A DNA stretch of 64,000 nucleotides from Felis catus (GCF_018350175.1 NC_058368.1:221652001-221716000), one strand, 5' to 3'. Positions 36,281-48,959 are shown, counted from the stretch's first letter. A program made the numbers and translations. The notes: a model not told the origin generated them from the sequence alone.

Positions 36281-39054
36281 TGCCTCCAACCATTTTTATG
36301 CATTCTTCTGTATCTTGTAACATATATTATTTATAGTAGCTTTTAAATAATAGTAAAAAAATATGTTGACAATAGTATCATATCCATTCATACAACATCC
36401 CCTCTGTTAGCAGTCTAATTAAACCTTAGGCGAATGTTAACTGGTGATCAATAATTGTAAGAATGCAAGTAAGTACTTTAATATCAGCATTGGATATAGC
36501 CTCCAATTTATAGCCTGAGGGTGATTTTATTATACTTTTTTAGAATGTATTGAGATTTGATACTTCTTTCAATACTAGAATTTAGGCTCTGACTTTAATG
36601 ACAAGCTCAGGATATTTTTCTCAGAACTACTTAAAATAAGATAGATAATGGAATGGCCATCAATGGAGAATGCTAGTCACTTTCTATCTGGGGCCTTTTT
36701 AAGACAATGAATTTGATACTTGCTTAGGGGAAAGAAGATAACACATATATTATTTTCACTTCTTATAAATTATCTTTGCAAAATCATTTCTTTAAATATG
36801 GCAAGGCTTATTACTAGGTTGTGGAATGTGACAAGGTGAAAACTAGAAGAAATATCCCTCCAGAGCATTTTGGTTCTAGGTTCTAGAGACAGAAGTTACC
36901 AGTTGGGTTTGTACTGTTGAGTCCTCTCGTTTCCATATCATTTTTCCCATATTCTTTGGTATCTGGATATTGAGGCCTCTGGAAGGGCAAACACCTAGGA
37001 CCTCTCATTCACCTTTGCCTTTGTACAGAGGAAGGGATGCCTTTGTTGTGGATGGTTTGTGTAATGAGACTCTTAGGATAGTACACTCTGCCCAGTTGTG
37101 ACCTGTACAGCATCCTGGCATCTTCTTTTGGTAAAATACAAAACAATACAAAAAATCCTGCTTTTCTCCTGCGAACTATCTTTTCCTCACTTTTCTCCCC
37201 TCTTTGTGCCCTGGGTCCTGGCGATACAGCTCCAGAGGTAAAACAGATTGGGCCGATCAGTTTTAAGTTCAGGGATACCAGGCAATCCATGCTGAAGTCG
37301 TCAGAGCCAATGAGTTCCAATTCTAAGGTTTATGTTAGCGCTTTTTTTTTTTTTTTGTAAGAAAAGGACGTGTTCTTCCTCCTAAAGTGGCTGAAAGAGC
37401 AACTGTAAACCCGGAGCCACTGGCAGGCTTGTTGTCACTGTGTCTGTGAAATGAGACACTGCAGATGAAAAGAGCGACCAGAGATAAAGAGCATGAGTGG
37501 CGAGGACATCCTTGGAGCCTCTGGACCTAGCTGTGTGCTTGAAGCCAGAGCACTCTTGACTCTTAGGCTGTGTGTCAATAAAGTCCATCTCCCCCTGAAG
37601 GCAGTTTAAGTTGATTTTCTATCACCTGCAGCCGGAAGAGTTCTGAATAATGCATCTAAGACACTGTGTCTGCAAGTGCATACACATTTTCCCATTGGCA
37701 ACTCATTTAGATAAGTGGTGGCCTGGGTGTTAACTGAGGGGTAACTGCTAAGCATGCTCCTACCGATAGTAAAATAGCTGAGAAGCACAGATTTTTCTAA
37801 ACGGGGACAATTTAGTTCCATGTCAAATAATAGCTATTTTCTCTCTGTGACCAAAAGAGATTTCCATTTGACCCCATTGCATTTGGAATTCCATACCAAT
37901 CAAGTACCTCTTGAAACGGGTGAAGAAAAAGATATTTAAGGTCATGATTCCTAGCTTCCAGCCTATGATGGTGTCATCACCAATGAGTGACAAAATGGGA
38001 AACTATCAGGACCAAGGCGTATTTCCCTGCTCAACACCGCCCCCCACCGTAGCAAATTGTCTTTTATTCTGAGATTCTCTCTTAATCGGGGGTGGGGGGG
38101 GGCAGGCTTAGAAATGCCTCTAAGGAAATGAACCTATAATTTGTAGATTTTTGCAATATTTATTTTGCTTTGTTGACTATCCTTATTCACTAAAATAAAA
38201 TATGGAACATCATGTTACTGGCCCCAAGTTTTTATTAGTGTCATAGTTGTTGCTGTTATGAACATGATAAAATGATACCTGTTTGAGAAATCTCAAATTA
38301 GAGGACCCAGTTCTTTATTGAAACCAAAAAGTCTTTTATTGATTCTAATTGCAATGTGTGACAACTCATTACATCTCTCACTGCTGAACAGTGCAACATT
38401 GTGAGTCCAATAGCAAGTTTATAAAATTGTCTTTGCCTCTTTTCCCAGAGTTTGGAGTAGTCCCTAGCCTGGTGTATATCCTATGGGGCCCTAAATAAAT
38501 GGTTTAAACACAAGCAAAAGTGTGATATAATAACAGAGGTATAGATAAAGGTTTCCAACATTGTGAATAATCATTACTGGAGTTATGACATCCCAAATTC
38601 GACAGATAAGCACAGAAAGGGAAGATATTGGAATGATAGAATAAAAGCTTCTTTAGAAACTTGGGGAGTGGTGATGTTCAGACAGGTGCAGTCTAAATTA
38701 TTGAACAATAGAAGAGGAATTTTTCTTTATTGTTTTTATGTGGTCTCTTTGTTACAAGAAGAGAATACAGCAAAATAACAGGCAGAAGCCATGGAAGGAA
38801 GATAATTCTTCAACACTGAGTTCATAAAAACTATTAAATCAGAGAAATCCTAGTAAAACCCAAACATATGTGTGCCCTTTTTTGGCAACCTCATTTACCC
38901 CCTGCTCCTAACTTGGGGAGGATCTCACAAGCAATTACAGAAGGCAAGCAAACAATCAATCTGCACCCATAATCTGATTTCAAAAACATTAATAAACTAT
39001 AATAACCTTTGCTAGGGATTTATTGGTTATAAAGGAGGAGGAGGGAATAACATT

Positions 39055-39745
39055 GCATGGAAGATTAACACATCTTCCTGTATCCATGACTGTTGCGATG
39101 GGACTTAGTTCTCTCCAAAAGGCAGAGGATGCGCCTCTGCGCCTTGATTTGAGGCTTGGTGGTAAGACTTGCTTCAGCCAATGGGATGTTAAGAGGCATG
39201 ACGTAAGCAGAGATTTGACATGTGCATTCACAGTTGGGATTTTTTTTCAAGTTTATTTATTTTCCAAAGACAGAGAGAGAGAGAGAGAGAGAGACATGGA
39301 GGAGGGGTAAAGAGAGAGGAAGAGAGAGAATACCAAGCGGGCAAGTAGGACACATGCTGTCAGCATGGAGTCCAACATGGGGCTCGATCCCACAAACTGT
39401 GAGATCATGACCTGATCTGAAACGATGAGTCGGATGCTTAACCTACTGAGTCACCCAGGCACCCCTGGGCTTTTCTTTTTTTGCTCTGTAAATGCCATGA
39501 AGAGCCCTCCTGCCTGTTTATACATTAACTTGGGCCCCAGAATAAATAAAGACTATTGGATAAGACTATAGCCCAACACAGGTGGCAGCCAAGTATAGCA
39601 GGACCTATAGATTGAAACAGAGCCTCCAAGAATTGCCCAGGTTAAATCAGCAAAACCATGCCCATGAGAGTAATTGCTCATTGCATTTTTCAAATGAGTT
39701 CTAGGGTATTTGTTACACAGCTCTACTGTGACAATAGCTGTTACA
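39055..39745 (+). mobile_element. MLT1 (H/I/J-like) MaLR solo LTR interrupted by a SINE
   Basis: ccttgatttgaggcttgg..gacttgcttcagccaatgggatgt..tgccatgaaga..tgggccccagaat..ggtatttgttacacagc..gacaatagctg. Confidence 0.75.
39241..39465 (-). mobile_element. CAN-SINE inside the MLT1 LTR
   Basis: Reverse head ...ctgagtcacccaggcacccc; TSD about tggg(a/c)tttt. Confidence 0.93.
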
Positions 39746-41868
39746 GTAGTTATCACAGAACTTCCATAAGAATCGATCACCCTGGCCGATGCACCCATCT
39801 GCACCATCTGTACTGTTAGATGCAATCATCTCTGTATTTCAGCATGCTAGGATTTTATTCTTCTACCCAACTACTTTCCACTTAAATAAAATAGATAAGA
39901 GCCCTCTCAGCTTTGCAGACATGGATCACTGCTTTTTCCCAACACAAATACTTGTAAGGCCGCTATTAGAGAAACACAAAGAAACAATCCATCTTCCAAT
40001 CAGTCGAGGGAAGGAATACATAATACTTGTGTTTTTCATTCCTTGGGCCAGTTACAATGCACTGGGCACTCTTCTAAACTATGGCAGGTATAATCTCACT
40101 TGATGTAAAGTCTTACTATTATACCAATTTTATAACCAAAAGCTGAGGTTTGGAGAGGAGGTGAGATATATACACATATGTGTGTGTGTGTGTATACATA
40201 TACATACATATAATAATAATATATTAAACTAATATAATAATAATATATATTTTATTCTGGGCACTGAAAGTTATTTGAGCAGAATATATCTGCAAAGATA
40301 ATGCTCCATTTTCCAGCAGGGGAGAGACTCTAGAATCTGCTACAGAAATGTGAAAATAAAATCCCAGGCCAGGAAAAGCAGCAGAAATTTTATCCTGAAT
40401 TCCATTTTTACTGATACACTGACCTAGAGGCCTTGGGTAGTTCTAAGATTTTGGTAAGGAAGCATGCAGATGGGTATTCTTTGGTTACCACCTGGGATAG
40501 AGCTGCACTAGAAGCTCCTAGATACACAGTAATCATATTTTACTTTCAACTTTAAATTGGTTGCAGCAATCATACGCTTTTCTGAAGCTATTTCCATCAA
40601 GCTTACATTGCATGATACAGATTATCTCGGTGCCCACCTGCAGTCCCCTCCCTTTGCCAACATAGAGCAAATTATATTTCATGTGCTTGCTTTGCAGTTT
40701 CACATAGAGTCTCCACTTAAATCTTACCCAGTGCTCTCAAGATTAGTGAGAAAATCATGCTCCTGTTCTCCTTCCCTTTCCTATCTGGGTCACTGGCTTT
40801 ATGCTGCCATATCTTTCTCCACCCTTTCTCTCCAATCCCCACCCTCCTAAGCCCACACAGACACAAGATGCCTTTGGCAGCAAGGTTTTCAGTTTAACAC
40901 TTCCCTATTTGGGCTTTTTTTTTAACCCCACATTCCCATTAGCATCTTCTAATTGACAGCTAGATGGCAGGTCTGGGGCATTCCAGGGGTTCGGGAGCAC
41001 AGTGGGTTGCTGTTGGGGCATATAGGATCGGTCTCCCCGATGAATAACAGTATTGAAATACACTATCATTCCATAAAACTGAGGTTGTCCTTGGTAATAG
41101 CCAGTTTATCACATTCATTGCAGATTTTCACAGGAGCTGGGCTCTGTCTAGACAAAGCCATCATTTCCTACTTGGTATTTGCGAATAGTGACAGAGGGCG
41201 GTGGGGACTGTGGGGGCTCAAAGGAAATCTGTTTGTAGCTAAGAAGTGTTGCAGCAGGTGGGGGACATCAACACTGGGCACACCTGTAGACTCCAATAGT
41301 GCCAGGCCCCAAAGTTCTTATCAAGTTGCCTAAACTCTGTGATTTAATAAACATGACAAAAATGAATATTCCCTTGTGGGAATTGGAAAAGAAAACAAAG
41401 ACCATCTGAAGGGTTATATTCTGTAAATCGTGCAAGACAGCAGAGTCAGAAAGTGACTCATATGTGATTATTATTCAGCACCTCTTAACACCTTTCCTTC
41501 CCTGGAGAATAAGGTGAGAAGAACTTCAGAGTTGTCTAGTTTTCTCATTTCAGTAACTGTTTATTATTCTATAGCTAATAAGGTGTTGCTATCTTCTAAA
41601 CTATGTGTCAAAACCTCATTACATTGGACATACAACATTACAAACTCCAGTCTTTGCTAAATATATAAAAACAAATATGAACTCAATGAATAAATGTGGC
41701 AAGAACACTAAAAGGAATAGCTGAACTTACAGAAAACCCTGACCTGTCTGCTTCATGTAATTATATACACATCCAGAAAACATTTTCAAGAAATTTACAT
41801 AATCTGTTTTTGAAAACGGATTCAATTTTCTAAAACTGCCAAAAATACTAGTTTTTAAAAAGGATTTA

Positions 41869-42066
41869 GGGGCGCCTGGGTGGCTTAGTTGGTTAAGTGT
41901 CAGACTCTTGATTTCTGCTCAGGTCATGATCTCAGTTGTGAGTATGAGACCTGCATTGGGCTCTGCACCGACAGCAGGGAGCCTACTTGGGATTCTCCCT
42001 CTCCTTCTCTCTCTGCCCCTCCCCTGCTTCTGTGCTCTCTCTCTCTCTAGATAATAAACATAAAAA
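41869..42066 (+). mobile_element. CAN-SINE
   Basis: ggggcgcctgggtggcttagttgg head; TSD aaaaaggattta on both sides. Confidence 0.96.
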
Positions 42067-42163
42067 AAAAAGGATTTAAACATTAGTTGAATATTAGATG
42101 TTAAAACAACTTTATAGATATAAATGGGTACATATAGTAACAGGTTTATTTTAAACATTAAAC

Positions 42164-42167
<4 letters not shown>

Positions 42168-42196
<29 letters not shown>
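42168..42196. repeat. (TA)n microsatellite
   Basis: Perfect TA run. Confidence 0.95.
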
Positions 42197-42200
<4 letters not shown>

Positions 42201-42443
42201 TACTTTTTTTTCTTTACATTCTTCTTTTCTTCTAAATATTGATATTAAGAATCTAATGTACCAGCATTCTCTAGACACCATGAATTTAGAAACAAACAAA
42301 CATTGAGAGTGCTCTTATATGTCTTAGCTTATATCATGGAAATACTGGCATAAAAACTGGTGAATAAATGTATATTAGATCAGGTGGTCATAAGTGCTAT
42401 AAAGAAACAAAAAAGCAGGAAAAAGTGACTGGTAAGTATTTTA

Positions 42444-43445
42444 TTTTATTTTAATATTTTCCAGATTTATTGAGATATAACTGACATGTAACATTGTAAA
42501 AACTTAAGGTGCACAATATGATGACTATATATATGAATGTATATATACATATACATATACATATACACACATACATATATGTATACATATGTACATACTT
42601 AAACATCTCACAGAGTTAAATCTCTTTTTTTGTGGTTGGTACATTTAGGATTTACTCTTTTAGCAACTTTCAAGTATAAATACAGTATTGTTAATTATGG
42701 TTACCGTGCTGTATATTAGATCTTCAGAAATTTTTTATCTTATAACTGGAAGTTTGTACCCTTTGACTAACATGTCCTCATTTCTCACACTCCCTACCCC
42801 TAACAATCACCCATTCTATTCTGTTTTTCTATGAATGTGACTTTTTTAGATTCCCATGCATAATTAATATCATACAGCATTTGTCTCTTCCTAACTTATT
42901 TCACTTAGCATAATGCCCATAAGATCCATCCATGTTGGATGGCAAGATTTCCCTCTCTTTATAACTCAATTGTATTTCATTATGTATATATTACATTTCA
43001 TTGCCTATTTTTTTATTTAAAATTTTTTTTTAAATGTTTATTTATTTTTTTTGAGAGAGAGAGTGTGTGTGCAAGCAGGGGAAGGGCAGAGAGAGAGGGA
43101 GACTCAGAATCCAAAGCAGGCTCCAGGTTCTGAGCTGTCAGCACAGAGCTGACGTGGAGCTCGAACCCACAAACCGTGAGATCGTGACCTGAGCCGAAAT
43201 CTGGTGCTCAACCAACTGAGCCACCCAGGTGCCCCTTCTTTGCCTATTTTAGTCAGATTATTTTTTGTTGTTTTTTTCTCTCAGTTGTATGAGTTCCTTA
43301 TGTATTTTTGATACTAACCCGTTATCAGATGTTTCTCCCATCCTATAACTTACCTTTCCATGTTGTCGATTATTTCTTTTGCTGTGCAGAAGCTTTTTAA
43401 TTTGATCTAGTTCCATTGTTTACTTTCGCTTTTATTGCTCATGTA
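42444..43445 (-). mobile_element. L1MA-like (L1MA9/L1_Carn-type) 3' end, antisense, inserted in an L2 relic
   Basis: tttattgagatataactgacatg..atttactctttttagcaactttcaagtat..cttatttcacttagcataatg..ttttgctgtgcagaagctttttaatttgat; TSD gtaagtatttta at 42432-42443 and 43446-43457. Confidence 0.85.
43012..43235 (-). mobile_element. CAN-SINE inside the L1
   Basis: Reverse head ...ctgagccacccaggtgcccc; TSD ttgcctatttt at 43001-43011 and 43240-43250. Confidence 0.96.
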
Positions 43446-43924
43446 GTAAGTATTTTAAAGATAATGATCACAGAAGCCTCTTTCATGAGATAGTAGTTGA
43501 TTCCAGACTGAAATGAGTGAGTCAATTGGGGTATCGAGAGAGAAGAGATTTCCAGCTCAGGAAAACAGAAAAGGCAAAGACTGGGAGGACAGTACATGTG
43601 ACTGGAGTGGGGAGAGTCAGAAGGAGAATGACAGAAGGGATCGGAGTGGTGACCAGACCCTGGCAATTGCTGTCAGTTGCAAAAGTTCTAAAACCTGGAG
43701 TTAGAAAATTATAGAGCAGATATGGTTACATCTGGTCATTTTCCAGTCTCCGAAGCGAAGAGAAGGCAGACCGTGAAGTGAAAGGTTTTTCTCTCTTTTA
43801 TTCACTGCTTTATTTCCAGTGCTGGGAGACTGCTTAGTTAACACTTCTAAAGAGTTGGGGAAAGTCCCTAATAAATTAGGATATGGTCACAATTGGTATG
43901 CTATTGGTCTCCTATCTCTTTTTC

Positions 43925-44134
43925 TCTTTTCTTTTTAATGTTTGTTTATTTTTGAGAGAGAGCGAGAGCAAACATGAGCCAGGGAGGGGCAGAGAGAAAG
44001 GGAGAGAGGGAATCCCAAGAGGCTCCACGCTCAGCACAGAGCCTGATGTGGGGCTCGATCTCATGACCATGAGGTGATGACCTGAGCTGAAGTCAAGAGT
44101 CAGCGCTTAGCCTACTGAGCTGCCCAGGCGCCCC
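43925..44134 (-). mobile_element. CAN-SINE
   Basis: Reverse head ...ctgagctgcccaggcgcccc; TSD about tctcttttt. Confidence 0.94.
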
Positions 44135-44159
44135 TCTTTCTCTTTTTAAAATAGCTTCG

Positions 44160-45330
44160 TTTTTACTTGGTTCTTATCATCTGTTTGTTTTTAGTTTGAG
44201 TTTTAAAGTATACACTTTGAATCAAATAGTTGTAAAAACCTATAGGACAAAGTAATGCCCTACTTGTTATCTCCCTCCTTCACCCCGTCCATTTCCTGTC
44301 TCACTGATACCCCCTTAAGACTATTTTTTCTATTTATCTTTTCTAAAGACAGGATTTATTGACATTCATAGGATACATTATTATGCCTATGCAAATGCAT
44401 CCTTCCTTGGTTTCCTTCAACTTAATACGCCTTTGAATTTTATGGTGGGGGAGGGGAGGGGATTCCTTCCTACTGTTTCCTATGTATGCATCCTCAATGG
44501 CATCTCCCAATGAAGCAAATCACATCTCAATAGCTATTACCTTAATTTCTAGTCTTGAAGAAGTCTTCCTCAGTCTTTTCTGACTTACTGCAATCTGGTT
44601 TGATTCCTCTCTACAATTCCATCATCCCGCGGCCATGGGCTCCTCCTTAATAATCCTCTTATTTTTATTCTTTCCATCTCTCTCTTGTGTTCACTGCCCT
44701 TTTTCCTAAAGCTTCTGACCTTCTTCTGCCATAGTTTGCTTCCTAGTTTTGGTTGAACATATACACCTTCCCCGATTGCTCCCTGTGAGAGGATACAGGG
44801 TAAGTAAAATTTCTGAGATCTTCTGTCATACAAGAAAAAAAAAAAAAAAAAAAAAAAGGCCAAACACTATGATAGACACATGACAGAAACGTAAAGTGAG
44901 GTTTACTGGCAGATTTAAGGCAGAAAACCAGCAAAGCAGATAGTAGTTGTAAGTGTCTAACAGAGAGAGTGGCTGAGATTTGACTAAGATGAGTGCTTCC
45001 CCGAAGTGACAACAGAGGTGGGTCCGGATGTTTTGAGGAGTCCCAATCTTGATTCTTGCTTTGAATCTATTTTTATTCATCTTGCAAGGCTCTTAGTAAG
45101 GCACCTAATCAGAAATCAATGTTTTTAATTTTAGGAAATAAGTTGGAAAATACATTGTTGATTATTCTGGGTCCCCTTTTCTGTTCTGTTTTCCTTCTAT
45201 AACTCCTTTTATTCAGATATGTGTCTTCCCATTTTGGATCTTGCTTTCCATCTATTTTTTTTTTCTCCTTTCTTTTCTTGGAGGTTTCCTCAGCTTTATC
45301 TTTTACATTTTATTAATCATTTGGGTTTTC
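44160..45330 (-). mobile_element. Old L1ME/HAL1-like relic, antisense
   Basis: tttttgttgaac-like block, ccctgtgagaggatacagggtaagtaaaatttctgagatc, and ttctataactccttttattcagatatgt are typical of the L1ME/HAL1 ORF1 region. Confidence 0.5.
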
Positions 45331-47699
45331 ATTTGTTGTCTCTCTTGGCTGATTGCTGGTCCTGGAACATACTTTGGGTAGCAAGGATCTGAGAAAGCCT
45401 CATTTGGATGTAGCAAGTCTTTACATTTGTTTATTACTTGGAAATTTCCTTCATAATCAAAAGGGGACAGACCTCTTGGACACACCCTACAGAAAACAAC
45501 GATATAGAGCTAGAATTTAATAATACTGCTTTGTTTTGATTGCCATAATTTTAATAGATTCCATGTGTTTATACGCTAGTCTTTTCACTTGTTTATTCAA
45601 TAGGTACATCTTCAGGGGTTATTACATGGCAGGTATTATTTTAAGTTCCATACATACCATGGTTAACAGAACAAAAAAAATCCTTTCGTCATAAAGTGTT
45701 AGCTATACATTCAAATCATAGTGATAACGGTACTAGGAATACACAGATAGTGCAAAAATTGTTAAGGAAATGATTGAATGACTGTGGTTTGGACAGCCTC
45801 ACCTCGGATAGAAATGACTGAAGGGCTGTGTTATTATTTGCCAAGTCTGGATTAGGTGCAAACAAACTAAGGTTAGTGAAAACACCTGGTTTCCTGGGAA
45901 CTCAGAGCTGCTGGAAAATCATATGTAGAAGTGATTGGTTGAAGTGAAGTTGGAGACGTGACAAAGGCAGTGTCCAGAGAGATACCCTAGTGATCTTTTG
46001 CCAAAATTTGATGGGCAAAGCAGGAACTTTATTATGCAGGTATGAAATCAGAAAGCACTGAAGCAGTAGTTTCAGAGATATAAATCAAAGTAAATTGAGA
46101 TATCAATTTTAAATTCTGTTAGGAAAGCATGTTGGAGCTAACACAGTGTCTGACAAAGAAAAAAGGATACTTGAAAATTTGAATCTGAAACCATTGACCT
46201 TGATTGAAAATGGTTGGAGATTTGAATGAGCTCTTGCCATGTGTGACATGAATCCACACCAGTTCAAAAGTAGCCATAATGGGACATAATTATAAAAGGT
46301 GCACTTTCTTCTGGTTTGGCCTCTTTTGAAATTCCAATCTTACTTGTACTAGCCAATATGATTTCTAAGTCCCGGGTATTTTACACCTGGTACAGAAACA
46401 TTGTTTTTCTTTAGTGTTGGATTTTGGAAGACCCGGATATCTTCTTCAAATAGCTCACCCTATGTCTTGCGGTGAAAAACACGCAATGTGTGCTTCGATC
46501 TGTACCACCTCGATGAAGATCTGGTGAAAACCTTCAAGAAGGTTTCACCTTGAAGATTTGGTGAAAACCTTGAAGAAAACCATTGTCTTCTCTAGCTGAC
46601 TCTAGACTAAACTTTTAAATTCATCTATATTTTATTTATAATTATATCATACACTACATTTATTCCGCTGTATTTCCTGACCAATTGCTCTGTGACAGAG
46701 ACTCTGCGGGGCAGAAACTATGGTGAGAAAGGACAGCATGGAACCTTTTCACAATGTGGCATGTGCTTTGTAGGCTGTGATGCTCATTATTTTCTCCAGG
46801 ATTTCTCGTCTCTATCTGAGGATTTTTAAGGTGACTGTGTGGTGCCACAGCCCTTTGCTACTCTGTGTATTTCGCACCAGTGTCCCTTTCCTCACTGTGT
46901 CAACTCTGAGTCTCTTCAACATCTCTGGACTTCTGTTGTAACGGTCGTCGGGGTTTAATCTGTTGTTTTATAAATATTTATTTTTTATTGGAAGTCCAAG
47001 TTAGAAGTGATCACCTGCAGTGAAGAAACAGAAATATCATGATGGTGTCTGTGTAAGGTACAACATATGGTTTTACGGTGGTATAGCACCCAGGTCACTA
47101 CTGGTTTTTGATGCATCGGTGTGGCTTTACTGTAATAAATGGTAAACAGCGAGTAATAATATTTACTATTATAAAGCAATAATAAATGTAATAGGAACGA
47201 GTAATAATATCTATATAGATAAAGCCAATATAACATGATATAAAATCACATGATATAGCCCACGAGAAGTGAATTATTTGGAATAACTATTAAATAGATT
47301 CGATCCTTATCTTATAGAGATTGTATTATTATTTGGTTGATTGTGGTCAGAAATAACATGTCAGGGTTACTTGAATAGCCACTAAATAGTATTTCCTTTT
47401 TCTTCTCTTCTTCCTTTTCCTCTTTTCTTCTTCTTTTATCTTCTTCCTTTCTTCAATATATATTGAATATATTGTGCCCTAAGATAACTATTAGAATTCA
47501 TGGACGTACGCTCTGGGATTCACGACTATATACTTTGGAGAACTGGTCCAAATAAAGGTATACATATCAGCAGTATACATTGGAAATAAAAAGTATGCAA
47601 TTAACATTGTAAATTAACTTTTCTAAATCTTTAAAAATGATTTGTAAGTTTCTATACCTATTTTTATGTATTCACATAGTTATGCAAATAAAATATTAA

Positions 47700-47756
47700 T
47701 GTTTATTTATTTTTGAGAGAGAGAGAGAGTGTGTGCACGCATGCGGGTGGCAGAAG

Positions 47757-47802
<46 letters not shown>

Positions 47803-47941
47803 GGAAGAGAGAGAATACTAAGCAGGCTCCACACTGCCAGCACAGAGCCATACACAGGGCTTCATCTCACAAATGTAAGGTCATGACCTCAGCTGAGACC
47901 AAGAGTTGGACGTTTAAATGACTGAGCCACCCAGGTGCCCC
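47700..47941 (-). mobile_element. CAN-SINE with expanded (GA)n
   Basis: Reverse head ...ctgagccacccaggtgcccc; TSD caaataaa(a/t)tattaa. Confidence 0.94.
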
Positions 47942-48236
47942 TACAAATAAATTATTAAATAATAATTTGAGGATTATAAAATTTCAATCAAATTACCTTA
48001 TTTTGATTTTCTCCTCTTTATAATAGGAATTAGGATAAGTTATCGTGAGAACAAAAAAGGGATAATGTATAAGATTAAATTATATACTAAAAATACAGCG
48101 CTTAGTATGATTCAAATTAGTTAATATTTAAAAATATTAGAATAATGCTAAATAATAATAATAGTTGCTAAATAGAGTCCCTTTAAGTTAAACTTCTAAT
48201 AACTTTCCTATTTGTACAGATTCATCCTACTTACAC

Positions 48237-48447
48237 TTCTTTTTTTTAAACATTTATTTATTTTTGAGACACAGAGTAAGACAGAACATGAGTGCGGAGG
48301 GGCAGAAAGAGAGGGGGACACAGAATCCAAAGTAGGCTCCAGGGTCTGCTGAAGCACAGAGCCTGACACGGGGCTCAAACTCAGGGACCGCAAGATCATG
48401 ATCTGAGGCGAAGTTGGACGCTTAACAACCAAGCCACCCAGGCACCC
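48237..48447 (-). mobile_element. CAN-SINE
   Basis: Reverse head ...aagccacccaggcaccc; TSD tcctacttaca at 48225-48235 and 48450-48460. Confidence 0.95.
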
Positions 48448-48554
48448 GGTCCTACTTACATTGCTTTAAGAAATATCTTCCTAAACTACTGGACCGCCAT
48501 GTCTCAAATGTTTCTGAAAACGCTGATTGCTTTGCCATTAGAAGTGCTCAGATA

Positions 48555-48774
48555 GGGGCGCCTGGGTGGCGCAGTCGGTTAAGCGTCCGACTTCAGCCAG
48601 GTCACGATCTCACGGTCCGCGAGTTCGAGCCCCACGTCGGGCTCTGGGCTGACGGCTCAGAGCCTGGAGCCTGTTTCCGATTCTGTGTCTCCCTCTCTCT
48701 CTGCCCCTCCCCCGTTCGTGCTCTGTCTCTCTCTGTCCCCCCAAAAATAAATAAACGTTGGAAAAAAAAAAAAA
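48555..48774 (+). mobile_element. Young cat-type SINEC_Fc
   Basis: Near-consensus, about 17 CpGs retained, A box tggcgcagtcgg, B box gttcgagcc; perfect 15-bp TSD agaagtgctcagata at 48540-48554 and 48775-48789. Confidence 0.98.
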
Positions 48775-48959
48775 AGAAGTGCTCAGATATTTGAGGCCTT
48801 TTGAATTTCAAACGAGTTCAAGTGTTGAGATTCCTTTTTCTCTCCTAAAGAGTACAAATCCTTGATCTTTATAAACACAATAAACTTGAAAACTTGTAAC
48901 TTTAGCCTCATCACTTAGCAAGCTCTTTTAATGAGGGTCTTGATTGACTGTATCCAAGA

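Noticed and set aside
39574..39590. caacacAGGTGGCAGcc as a CTCF site in the MLT1 LTR
   Set aside because: The 5' half of the core (CCAS) does not match.
45803..45910. Minus-strand 108-nt exon-like segment with a gag|GTGAGG donor
   Set aside because: It appears to lie in L2-derived sequence, the acceptor is weak and the peptide is unrecognised.
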